A stretch of 64,000 nt of DNA from a virus (taxonomy: Duplodnaviria; Caudoviricetes): IMG/VR virus record IMGVR_UViG_3300028628_000004; one strand, given 5' to 3'. Positions within the stretch are counted from its first letter, which is position 1; each line of letters starts with the position of its first letter. Below, one piece after another: positions 20,382-28,330 of the stretch. The position numbers were made by a program, and so were the translations under genes. The notes under the pieces are model-generated. The model had not been told where the DNA came from. It searched no databases and was given only the letters and a program-made list of their open reading frames with translations.

Positions 20382-21749
20382 TTAGATCTTAGCGATAGAT
20401 AACATCTTTTTCAAGATAGAATCTGCTGGTATTCCACCATTATCGCTATGAACTTGGTTCGCAAACCCTTTGAATATAGCTTCTCCCTGAGATGATGTTA
20501 TCTTTCCTGCTCTAACTGCTTCACCGACTTGGTTTGCTAGAGCATTGAATGGTTTGCTCATTTCCTCGACATTTCCGCTCATAGCTGCTTTTTGAATAGT
20601 CGTCTGGAGTGCCTCTGCTTTCGATGCTCCATAATTAGTGAACTTATTAAGGTCAGGAGCGGCTGCTACCTGGGCTTCTGGTGCCTTTGGTGCCTCTGGA
20701 GATTCCGGAGCTACTTCTGGAGCCACTTCTGGTTTTGCTTCAGGAGACACTCCTTGGACCGGAGTATCACCAGAGCGTGCAAGATTCAAATCAACGCTGC
20801 CTTCGGGATTATACATCTTCATGGCGTCCATTACGGCAATATCATTCATAATCCCACTTACTGCACTTGACGCTCCCCATGCCCCGAGAGCAACTTGGGA
20901 AACTGCTAATATGAGACGAGCAGCATTCTTTGGGTCTTTGGATTTCTTAATCCATTCGCCAACGCCAGCAATTCCCTTCTTGCCTTGTGCGAAATCTGCT
21001 GTCTTGATGAGTTCCTTAGATCCCTTATAGATTGAGAACAAACCAAGCAATCCCTTGATGGCACCAAATCCAACAGCAACCCAGCCGCCGATTGCAGCGG
21101 CTACAACGCCCAAAATAACCATAACAGCGCCAATAGCAAGAACCTTATAGGTTGCCTTTGTGGTTGCAACCTTCTTGACAATCTCACCAGTCTTCTTTAG
21201 GAATTCCTTTACCTTGGTCAAGAATCCTTTTTTCTTTTCTTCCTTTGACTTTATTTCACCGGGTTTAGCCCTTGATTGTGCCTTAGCATCGCCGCCGAAG
21301 TCACCCTTGCCACCAATACGAGCGTTGGGATCAAATTGGTCTGCGCCAGATGTGAAGTCCATTCCGCCACCCAAAGTCTTGTTGGGGTCGAATTCACCCT
21401 CAAGCTCAAGGATTACCTTGCAAGACTCGTTCAGCTTATTATTAAAAGTTTCCGGGTCTGTTTCAACGCGGGCGAAATGCTCTGCGATGGCGAAAGCGTC
21501 ATATGATTTCTTGAGGTTTCTAGCTGCTGCAAAGCTAATATGTAGAGTATTCATGATGTCTCTAGTAGAGACACTCATTGTGCGTATATTATCAATAACT
21601 GGCTTATTTTCTAAGAGGTAGCTTTCAGTAAGATGAGAGTATCTCTTTTTGGCTTCTGTCAAGTATCTCTTGTTAGATTCGGTTAGAGTAGTTGACCCAT
21701 TGATAGCAGCATACTTTGCTTTAAGATTCTCAAGAACAATATCACGCAT
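20382..21749 (-). CDS. Probable head-packaged/ejected membrane protein
   Basis: Several L-x-E motifs in the N-terminus, hydrophobic helices, TATAAATA promoter. Confidence 0.7.
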   Translation of the reverse strand: MRDIVLENLKAKYAAINGSTTLTESNKRYLTEAKKRYSHLTESYLLENKPVIDNIRTMSVSTRDIMNTLHISFAAARNLKKSYDAFAIAEHFARVETDPETFNNKLNESCKVILELEGEFDPNKTLGGGMDFTSGADQFDPNARIGGKGDFGGDAKAQSRAKPGEIKSKEEKKKGFLTKVKEFLKKTGEIVKKVATTKATYKVLAIGAVMVILGVVAAAIGGWVAVGFGAIKGLLGLFSIYKGSKELIKTADFAQGKKGIAGVGEWIKKSKDPKNAARLILAVSQVALGAWGASSAVSGIMNDIAVMDAMKMYNPEGSVDLNLARSGDTPVQGVSPEAKPEVAPEVAPESPEAPKAPEAQVAAAPDLNKFTNYGASKAEALQTTIQKAAMSGNVEEMSKPFNALANQVGEAVRAGKITSSQGEAIFKGFANQVHSDNGGIPADSILKKMLSIAKI

Positions 21750-21804
21750 ATTAAATACCCCTGATAGTGTTATTTATAGGAGTATGTGAGCGTAGTTTGA
21801 TTTT

Positions 21805-22005
21805 AAGATACTTGGGTTGGCTTCTTTCCTCTTTCAGAGGGAGGCGAGTTTTTGTTGTCGCTAAATTGAGTTCTCGAAGACAACACGGGGTTCAGTACGA
21901 AGACATAAGGTGTCAAATACACCCAGCCCATGTAAAGCTGCTACTGACGCACAATCATATAATGTGTCCCTGTTTCCCAATTCCACGACATCCCAAGAGT
22001 GTTTC
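21805..22005. ncRNA. Candidate structured RNA at the distal end of the array
   Basis: Intergenic, closed by CTTGGG/CCCAAG, several internal hairpins. Confidence 0.3.
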
Positions 22006-22039
22006 AATTGTTACATAAGAGGTTATAAATAATGATGTT

Positions 22040-22353
22040 ATGACTGATTCATCGCGAAAGTACGGGACCGATGAATATACAGCCACTCCGTCGCATTTAT
22101 TGCCAGCTATTAGTAAGAAAAGTAGCGGTTATATATGCCAAGTTTGCGGTCACTTAGAGCCATCTTTGGAAAAAATCCATTTGATGATCTATGCCCAAGG
22201 TGTGTTATTAGTGCCCTAAGAAAGATTGATGTTCCCCATATGGTCAAAATTTCTGAGTATTTAAGTGAGCGAGATGAGGCACTCGAACCAACCGTTAGAG
22301 TCGATAATAGACCAAATAGCGAGAAAACAACAGTCATCATTAAAAAGAAATAG
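22040..22353 (+). pseudogene. Zn-ribbon gene split by a -1 frameshift
   Basis: Frame 0 gives YICQVCGH, the -1 frame gives DDLCPRC; A6 run at 22170-22175; TATAAATA upstream. Confidence 0.55.
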
Positions 22354-22440
22354 TGGGGTATACGACGGGATTCGAACCCGCATTGCGCTCAAGGCGCTCA
22401 GAGTCACAATCTGATGTCCTGCCGTTGGACCTCGTACACC
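22354..22440 (-). tRNA. tRNA-His(GTG) with long variable arm
   Basis: TCAGA-TT-GTG-AC-TCTGA, G-1, CCA. Confidence 0.85.
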
Positions 22441-22445
22441 ATGAA

Positions 22446-22521
22446 TGGGGTGGATAGCGATACTTGCAATCGCTTATGGAGATTCACAGTCTCCCAGTTT
22501 ACTATATAACCTATACCCACC
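22446..22521 (-). tRNA. tRNA-His(GTG), variant elbow
   Basis: GGAGA-CT-GTG-AA-TCTCC, CCA. Confidence 0.8.
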
Positions 22522-22531
22522 GTGCTTAGAA

Positions 22532-22906
22532 TGGTGGAGATGTGCGGTGCTGCCCCGCAGTCCAAAATCACTTTCATATTCCGTCTACAAGTTTAGAAGT
22601 TTAGACTTAAACTCCAAAGATGCTTCTTGTTGATCGTCCTGGCACGGGACTAGGATAATAACGCATATCCGCAACTCACAGTTGTCTTAATCTTGGGTAA
22701 CTGTCAGTTACATTGCCAAGAAGCAACCCCTATGTTACAGAGTTTCCAAGTCGAGATATCCTTGGGACTCTGGCAAGGAGCGATTAAGCTGCCATTGCGT
22801 ATTCAACTGAGTCATCAGTTATTTTTTTACATGTTTTTTAAGTGACCACATGTTCCACTACTTGCAAGAGATACTTCCACGATCCTGTCGAATCTGTGTC
22901 ATCCCC
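22532..22906 (-). ncRNA. ssrA: tmRNA, tag (A)DDSVEYAMAA*
   Basis: 5' GGGGATGA..GATTCGAC, 3' TCTCCACCA with G3.U; ATAACT then tag ORF at 22816..22784. Confidence 0.93.
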
Positions 22907-22912
22907 ATAAAA

Positions 22913-22990
22913 TGGTGTGCATGAGAGGATTCGAACCTCCAACACTTACGCCCTCAACGTAATACCTCGTGCCAATTGGGTTACACGCAC
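22913..22990 (-). tRNA. tRNA-Leu(GAG), short variable loop
   Basis: TTACG-TT-GAG-GG-CGTAA, CCA. Confidence 0.85.
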
Positions 22991-23820
22991 ATATTTTTTT
23001 CTAGCCAATAACCTCTAGGGAATTTTGGAATATCAATCCCTAGTTTTTTGCATCTTTTGCGTATTGCATTATCACTAACACCGAACATTTTAGCTACGCT
23101 GGTTAACGGCATTTCGTTTATATACTTCGTCAAATCACATGAAGAAACATCAAACTTTTTATTATTTTCACTAATTATAAATTCACCGCATTTTCTATTT
23201 TCATTGTAGCATTTTGCACAAACTCCTTTACTTTTTTTCGACACCACACACCCGCACATTTTACACTTTTTTTCGAAGCGTAACTTCTGGTCGTTTTCCT
23301 TTAATAAATTTTTTTGTTTAGTATTCTGAAGTTTTCCTTTATTACCCCATGTCAATGTTTGTGAATGACAGTTTGGGCATAGAAATCTAAGGTTGTTTAT
23401 TCTATTATCATTATGAATGCCGTTAATGTGGTCTACTTGCAATGTTATCTTTTCGCCCATCCACGTGTCGCCGTTATTGCATTTTTCGCATTTATATTCT
23501 CTTCCATTTTCCAATAGACGCTTACTAATCATATAACCACTTGCGGGGGTTGAATTTTCGCAGAAAAAATCTTCGTCTGATTTTCTTACTCTTATAGCCT
23601 GCATTTTTATTCTCATATCAGTCAAGGAGGTTTTCCCGCGTGACCAAGCAGACCCAGTAAAATGAGATATATCTATATTGAAGTATCTAATTAAACTCTT
23701 TATATGATTATGATTTCCACCACTATATGCCAAACCCAGATTTGCTAAAACATTTGATATTGAGGTTGATTTTTTCACAACTTCTTCTAGTATTTCCTTG
23801 GTGTACTTTCGATGTCTCAT
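22981..23820 (-). CDS. HNH homing endonuclease
   Basis: CEKC..LQVDHING..NDNR..NLRFLCPNCHSQT; stop lies inside tRNA-Leu. Confidence 0.9.
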   Translation of the reverse strand: MRHRKYTKEILEEVVKKSTSISNVLANLGLAYSGGNHNHIKSLIRYFNIDISHFTGSAWSRGKTSLTDMRIKMQAIRVRKSDEDFFCENSTPASGYMISKRLLENGREYKCEKCNNGDTWMGEKITLQVDHINGIHNDNRINNLRFLCPNCHSQTLTWGNKGKLQNTKQKNLLKENDQKLRFEKKCKMCGCVVSKKSKGVCAKCYNENRKCGEFIISENNKKFDVSSCDLTKYINEMPLTSVAKMFGVSDNAIRKRCKKLGIDIPKFPRGYWLEKNMCV

Positions 23821-23864
23821 ACTGGCATCCTCCCTATATGTATTTATACACGAGGATGCCAGTA
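23820..23864 (-). promoter_or_regulatory. RBS-sequestering hairpin with a late promoter in its loop
   Basis: TACTGGCATCCTC-GTG-TATAAATA...-GAGGATGCCAGTA-TG. Confidence 0.8.
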
Positions 23865-23883
23865 ATACAAATAAAATATTAAC

Positions 23884-24330
23884 TTAAACAACTTGAGCGT
23901 TGACTGCTCTGATATCTGTTCCAGCTACTTCGGCTACTTCGGCAATCTTCTTGAGAGCCTGTAGTATATTCATAGCATTGTCAACTTTTGTCACCTTAGC
24001 ATAGATGCTTGCCATGTCACCACCGTCAGATAATGACTGTGACTCGACATTGGATACGAGCGATTCTATGCTGGACAATATGGTGGCAGGAGGCATTTTT
24101 CCACCATAGTCACCCAAGCCAAGCAAACTCTGAATCTTGCGGAATTTGCTCGTCTCAACAACAAACTTATAAGGCGAAGATCCGTTCATATTCCAATCTT
24201 CGAACATAACAACCATCATGCCAGTTGTTCTAATATCACTCTTTGGTGCCTTGGGAAACTCAAGAGGAATCTCTTCCTGTTTCTCCATAGCAATGTAAGT
24301 TTCTTTTAGCGACTCTAAGATGGTGTCCAT
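23884..24330 (-). CDS. Hypothetical late protein
   Basis: TATAAATA, AAGGA RBS, N-terminal ILES. Confidence 0.75.
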   Translation of the reverse strand: MDTILESLKETYIAMEKQEEIPLEFPKAPKSDIRTTGMMVVMFEDWNMNGSSPYKFVVETSKFRKIQSLLGLGDYGGKMPPATILSSIESLVSNVESQSLSDGGDMASIYAKVTKVDNAMNILQALKKIAEVAEVAGTDIRAVNAQVV

Positions 24331-24364
24331 ATGTATTCCTTATTATACCGAGTTATTTATAGAA

Positions 24365-24450
24365 TGGTAGGGGCGACAGGAATTGCACCTGCACGGGATT
24401 TCTCCCACAACGTTCTAAGCGTTGCATGGCTGCTGTTACATCACACCCCC
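24365..24450 (-). tRNA. tRNA-Leu(TAG)
   Basis: CAACG-CT-TAG-AA-CGTTG, long variable arm. Confidence 0.88.
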
Positions 24451-24460
24451 ATGATTTATT

Positions 24461-24550
24461 TGGCGGAAGATGAGGGATTCGAACCCCCGGTACCCGTTAA
24501 GGTACTTCAAGTTAGTAACTTGCTGCTATAGACCACTCAGCCAATCTTCC
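24461..24550 (-). tRNA. tRNA-Ser(ACT), rare A34 anticodon
   Basis: CAAG-TT-ACT-AA-CTTG in a canonical Ser body with G73. Confidence 0.85.
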
Positions 24551-24648
24551 GGATGGTCCCACTGCTATATCGTCTTATGCTGCGAATCGCTGCGATATTG
24601 CTTAATGTCCAGTTCGCTCGTACACAGTTGGGATGATACGCTGGACGC

Positions 24649-24732
24649 TGGTAGGCAAGGTGGGACTCGAACCCACAAAACGACCGTGTTTGAGACGGCA
24701 AACTGTGCCATTCGTTATAACGTCACTTGCCC
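24649..24732 (-). tRNA. tRNA-Leu(CAA), enlarged D arm and short variable loop
   Basis: GCCGT-CT-CAA-AC-ACGGT. Confidence 0.8.
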
Positions 24733-24788
24733 ATGATCAATTTCGTTACTTTAGCGCAACGGAGTAAGAAATTGTAAGAAAGCCGTTT

Positions 24789-24922
24789 TGGTGTTGAGAG
24801 AAGGAGTTGCACCTTCACAATACAGATTTTCTGTTTCCGTATTTCCTTTTATTCATAGGAAGTCTACTACAGATGTTACCTCTTCATAGGCAATCATTCG
24901 TTTCATTTAGTCACTACTCAAC
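24789..24922 (-). ncRNA. tRNA-derived RNA with bulged acceptor stem
   Basis: GTTGAG(T)AG/CTCTCAAC-ACCA, T arm, D-loop insertion. Confidence 0.6.
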
Positions 24923-24928
24923 ATGAGA

Positions 24929-25036
24929 TGGTGCCCCGCCGCTGACACGCTCAGCTATTACGGAAGGTCTTTTACCTTTCTAACCCCTCAAATCCTTTCG
25001 GATGCTGGAGAGAAGTCTGCTGTCCCCTACGAGGAC
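24929..25036 (-). ncRNA. Degenerate tRNA-like RNA
   Basis: ACCA end, imperfect acceptor, hairpin within the anticodon arm. Confidence 0.4.
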
Positions 25037-25078
25037 AGGTGAAGGTTGGCGGGGCGAGTTGTTTATCCAGCTTTGATT

Positions 25079-25196
25079 TGGTGTTGAGGGTAGGACTTGC
25101 ACCTACATACTTGGATGCATGCTGGTCCAAGTTCCCTCTAAAACGAGGGTGCGTCTACTACGGGAATTGAACCCGCTCTTTCCGCCACTACTCAAC
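25079..25196 (-). ncRNA. Leu-like tRNA-derived RNA with a second T arm in the D loop
   Basis: GTTGAG(T)AGTGGCGGAA..GCGGGTTCAATTCCCGT..GTAGACGCA; ACCA end. Confidence 0.65.
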
Positions 25197-25197
25197 G

Positions 25198-25339
25198 TGG
25201 TGTCGATGGTAGGATTCGCACCTACACGCTCAAGCGTCCATGAGTTGTTTCCTTCTCATTTTTGCTAAGCCCCAGGTTTGGACCATGCTTTCGTTTAGGT
25301 CTTCAGCCCAGTCCGTCTGCTCGTTGCGGCACATACGAC
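25198..25339 (-). ncRNA. tRNA-derived RNA with bulged acceptor and large insertions
   Basis: GTCG(T)ATG/CATCGAC-ACCA; T arm GTAGG-TGCGAAT-CCTAC. Confidence 0.55.
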
Positions 25340-25348
25340 AAGAAAACA

Positions 25349-25465
25349 TAAGTATGCTCGGGAGTCGAACCCGACATCATTGGGGTGCATGCAGCCCCTC
25401 CACCGTGGATATGCATCTCTGCATACGGTAGGATTCGAACCTACTAGCGACCATCGACATACTTA
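25349..25465 (-). ncRNA. RNA with two T arms and a 9-bp closing stem, no CCA
   Basis: TAAGTATGT/GCATACTTA; GTAGG-TTCGAAT-CCTAC and TCGGG-TTCGACT-CCCGA. Confidence 0.6.
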
Positions 25466-25468
25466 CTT

Positions 25469-25542
25469 TGGCACATGGGGAGAGAATCGAACTCCCATCT
25501 TTGGGTTTGGAATCCAAGGTACTACCATTGTACGACCCATGT
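25469..25542 (-). tRNA. tRNA-Trp(CCA)
   Basis: TTGGA-TT-CCA-AA-CCCAA, G73. Confidence 0.88.
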
Positions 25543-25550
25543 ATAAAATC

Positions 25551-25940
25551 TTTGTTGACCCATCCGGTGTGCTGTTACGCTAAAACGGTGGTTTGCTTTA
25601 CTATCTATTATACACCCACAATCACACATAATCCACTCGTGTGGACTTTGACGAGCAATAGATTGCTCTGCGTATGAAAGAGAGGCGGATTTCTTACGAA
25701 ACCAATCTTACTCGCCTCACTCGGTGGGAACCCCATACTTGGAGTTGATGTGACAAGTTACTCATACGCTGGCTACAAGTGGTTCTCGGTCTTCCTTTTT
25801 ATCGGCTGTCTTTATAGCTTGCTCTAAGGCTTGCTTTCAAGACTCCTTGTAGTAGTCGTATGCTTGCTCATTTCTATACAGCGCCCGTACTCTTTAAATG
25901 ATGGCTGCTTCTAAGCCGACATTTCGGTTCGGTCAACAAA
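25551..25940 (-). ncRNA. 390-nt RNA containing a split 23S rRNA H43/H44 (uL11-binding) mimic
   Basis: ATGTCGGCTTAGAAGCAGCCATCATTTAAAGAGT ... GCGTAACAGCACACCGG, closed by a 10-bp terminal stem. Confidence 0.75.
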
Positions 25941-26013
25941 ACTTGAGGTTTCTTAAAGTCGCTTATCCTCTTGCGACATGACAGTTTCAACTCCAACTCT
26001 GTCAAAGGGAAAA

Positions 26014-26112
26014 TGGTGCGGGCGACAGGATTTGAACCTGCGATTTCTTGCTCCCTGGCAGTTACTATTAGGTAACTAAAGCAAGCGGAATACCAGACTT
26101 TCCTACACCCAC
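26014..26112 (-). tRNA. tRNA-Pro(TGG)-like with a 22-nt GCCA-ended hairpin insert (26056..26077)
   Basis: CTTGC-TT-T[insert]GG-GA-GCAAG. Confidence 0.75.
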
Positions 26113-26144
26113 ATCAGAAACTATTATATCACATAAAAAGAAAA

Positions 26145-26219
26145 TGGTCTGGGCGGTTGGAGTCGCACCAACTTCTTCTCCCTTCCAAAAGGAGCCGTCT
26201 ACTGTTGACCTACGCCCAG
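26145..26219 (-). tRNA. tRNA-Pro(TGG)
   Basis: CTCCT-TT-TGG-AA-GGGAG, C1-G72. Confidence 0.85.
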
Positions 26220-26220
26220 G

Positions 26221-26931
26221 TTATATTTCAATTCCAAGAATTTTACATCTTTTTCTTATTGCATTATCAGACACCCCGTATTTTACACCTATTTTAGTCA
26301 TAGGCATTTTGCTAACATCATCCATTAACTGCTCTTTACTAACTTCAAATTTACGGCGTTTCTTACAAGAACATTTTAGACATTTATTGTTTTTATTTTT
26401 TGTTGTTACACACCCACATTCGTCACAGTTATGTCTTTTTGCGTGATATTGTTTATTTTTACCAGAAAAAGTAGAAGTTTGAGAGTGGCAGTTTGGGCAT
26501 AAGAAACATAGATTTTCTATTCTGTTATCATTATGTATTCCATTCTTATGTTCTAATTGAAGAGTTATTATCTTACCCAACCATACTCCATTGTTCCCAC
26601 AGCAACTACACTCGTATTTTAGTAATCCTTCATTGACCAATCTTTTTTTAAGATAATGTCTAGCGTATGATGAATTCTGGGTTAATACCTGTGATAATGG
26701 TTTCTTCTTGGCGTTAAATTTTCTACCTTTATTGGAACCTACGCCGAGTGCTATATGTGAAATATCTACTTTTTCTTCGATGCATCTATTTTTAATTGTC
26801 TTGTAATTTCCTCCTTTATTTTCCATTCCGACATATTTTAGTATTTCGCTTATAGTGTTAGATGATGCTACTAATCTAGCGAATTCTTCTTTTGGTATTT
26901 TCCAAATTATGCTTCTCTTTTTTCTTGTCAT
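26221..26931 (-). CDS. HNH homing endonuclease, paralog of 22981..23820
   Basis: LQLEHKNG..NDNRIENLCFLCPNCHSQT; shared GVSDNAIRKRCK tail. Confidence 0.9.
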   Translation of the reverse strand: MTRKKRSIIWKIPKEEFARLVASSNTISEILKYVGMENKGGNYKTIKNRCIEEKVDISHIALGVGSNKGRKFNAKKKPLSQVLTQNSSYARHYLKKRLVNEGLLKYECSCCGNNGVWLGKIITLQLEHKNGIHNDNRIENLCFLCPNCHSQTSTFSGKNKQYHAKRHNCDECGCVTTKNKNNKCLKCSCKKRRKFEVSKEQLMDDVSKMPMTKIGVKYGVSDNAIRKRCKILGIEI

Positions 26932-26940
26932 ATATTCTCC

Positions 26941-26986
26941 TTATCGGTAGTATATTATACCATGTATTTATATATCCTACCGATAA
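26941..26986 (-). promoter_or_regulatory. Hairpin abutting the RBS, with TATAAATA in its loop
   Basis: TTATCGGTAG...CTACCGATAA-GGAG. Confidence 0.7.
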
Positions 26987-26990
26987 AAAC

Positions 26991-27064
26991 TGGTTGGCTC
27001 ACTAGGTTCTGCCCCTAGACTAAAACGTTCAAAGCGTTGTATGCTGCTGTTACATCATGAGCCA
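26991..27064 (-). tRNA. tRNA-Gln(TTG), variant elbow
   Basis: AACG-CT-TTG-AA-CGTT, U1-A72. Confidence 0.82.
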
Positions 27065-27068
27065 ATGA

Positions 27069-27188
27069 TAGTTGGGAGTGAGGGATTCGAACCCCCACAG
27101 AGAGATCCTGGCGACTGTTTATGGACTTGAACCACATTGTTTCCTATAACAATCAAAGTCTCTCGTCCTACCATTAGACGAACCCCCA
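27069..27188 (-). tRNA. tRNA-Gln(TTG) with a 46-nt mini-tRNA insert (27109..27154)
   Basis: AGAGA-CT-TT[insert]G-GA-TCTCT; host tRNA ends in CTA rather than CCA. Confidence 0.8.
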
Positions 27189-27194
27189 ATGAAA

Positions 27195-27269
27195 TGGTTG
27201 GCACGGTAGGTGCTGCCCCTACTACGTCGGGTGTCAGAAACCCGCATTCTGCTGTTGAATTACGTGCCA
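27195..27269 (-). tRNA. tRNA-Gln(CTG)
   Basis: CGGGT-TT-CTG-AC-ACCCG. Confidence 0.85.
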
Positions 27270-27274
27270 GTAAC

Positions 27275-27712
27275 TTACTTCTTAATCGACTTAATCAACT
27301 TAGCAAACTTCCCAGGATTTACTGTGCATGCTTTTATGCCACCGAAGTAATCGGCAACATGGAAAGCAGCTACACATATCTCTGAGCATATCCACTTACT
27401 AGGATCTTCCTTTCTGAAGGGAAGAATCATGGAAAAGAAAATAGCTTTCCAGTCATATTTCTTATCTACTTGTGTCCAACAGAAAGCTTTAATCAACAAT
27501 TCTTTTTCTGGTGGAACATCAACTTCAACTATATCCCAATGCTGATGGAAGTACATCTTATATGTAAATTGTGTCTTAAAGGGAGAAGTGAGAGAAGTCC
27601 CAAATGAGGAACCGTCAGAAAATATAAGCTCGCAATGGGAATACTTTGAGAATGTCCAGAACTGGATGAGTCTGTCAAGTATTCCCGTTCCCTTTAAGAA
27701 TGCAACTTTCAT
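27275..27712 (-). CDS. Permuted papain-like (NlpC/P60, YiiX/YebB-like) enzyme
   Basis: YSHCEL...KYDW...WICSE. Confidence 0.8.
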   Translation of the reverse strand: MKVAFLKGTGILDRLIQFWTFSKYSHCELIFSDGSSFGTSLTSPFKTQFTYKMYFHQHWDIVEVDVPPEKELLIKAFCWTQVDKKYDWKAIFFSMILPFRKEDPSKWICSEICVAAFHVADYFGGIKACTVNPGKFAKLIKSIKK

Positions 27713-27749
27713 AGAGCCTCCATAAGTATTTATCCTACGGAGTAAAAAA

Positions 27750-27824
27750 TGGTGCCTGCCCCCGGTAACGCTCCGGGTTTGTCCGCTCTTCAGGCGGGTG
27801 CTTTACTATTTAAGCTAGACAGGC
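27750..27824 (-). tRNA. tRNA-Phe(GAA)
   Basis: CCGC-CT-GAA-GA-GCGG. Confidence 0.82.
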
Positions 27825-27827
27825 ATA

Positions 27828-27898
27828 TGCAGGATAGAGGAATCGAACCTCTGACTCCGGCTTAACTGCCGGTGTGATAACCACTTCACCAATCCCGC
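27828..27898 (-). tRNA. tRNA-like with a 6-nt anticodon loop, identity undetermined
   Basis: CCGGC-AGTTAA-GCCGG; intact D and T arms; no CCA. Confidence 0.55.
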
Positions 27899-27913
27899 TA
27901 GGTTTTTGCAGAA

Positions 27914-28066
27914 CCTTAACTGACTTTCTATCATTATAGTGGCGAAGATCATCCACTTTTAAGTAGCTTGGGGTACTACTTGTGTAGCATTCCGTAGCTA
28001 ACGGAGATGCCCTTTACCAACCCTCTATAATTATTGTGGCGGGGATCGTCCACAGTAAAGCAGCTT
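27914..28066 (-). repeat. Two diverged copies of a ~56-nt pseudoknot motif
   Basis: AAGCT.CTT.A..GTGGA.GATC..CGCCAC.ATAAT.ATAGA..GT..GT.AAGG at 27914-27969 and 28011-28066. Confidence 0.7.
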
Positions 28067-28089
28067 TGAGCGTCCTCATTGCCCTATCA

Positions 28090-28160
28090 AGTATCATTAC
28101 GGAATCGAACCGTTCCTCCCGCGTCATAAGCGGGTATGCATCCGTTACACCAAAGATACT
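28090..28160 (-). tRNA. tRNA-His(ATG), rare A34 anticodon, no CCA
   Basis: CCCGC-TT-ATG-AC-GCGGG. Confidence 0.7.
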
Positions 28161-28174
28161 CTTAGCTTCAAACT

Positions 28175-28251
28175 TGGCGACTCCAGTGGGGTTTGAACCC
28201 ACGACCTATTGCGTGACAAGCAATTGCTCTCCCAGGCTGAGCTATGGAGCC
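28175..28251 (-). tRNA. tRNA-Asp(GTC)
   Basis: ATTGC-TT-GTC-AC-GCAAT. Confidence 0.9.
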
Positions 28252-28255
28252 ATAA

Positions 28256-28330
28256 TGGCGGGTCTAGGGAGACTTGCGCTCCCCTTTTCGGATCGACAAT
28301 CCGATATGTCGCTATCTACATTTTAGACCC
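28256..28330 (-). tRNA. tRNA-Asp(GTC), variant elbow
   Basis: TCGGA-TT-GTC-GA-TCCGA. Confidence 0.82.

Noticed and set aside
25198-25339. Fifth NCCA-type insert (GACC...GGTCCA in a Phe-like loop)
   Set aside because: Short stem, different position and a degenerate tRNA body.
25551-25940. True 23S rRNA gene or host contamination
   Set aside because: Only about 55 nt match, split by an insert and closed by its own stem within the array.
27828-27898. Ochre (TTA) suppressor
   Set aside because: The loop is 6 nt (AGTTAA), so no anticodon can be assigned.
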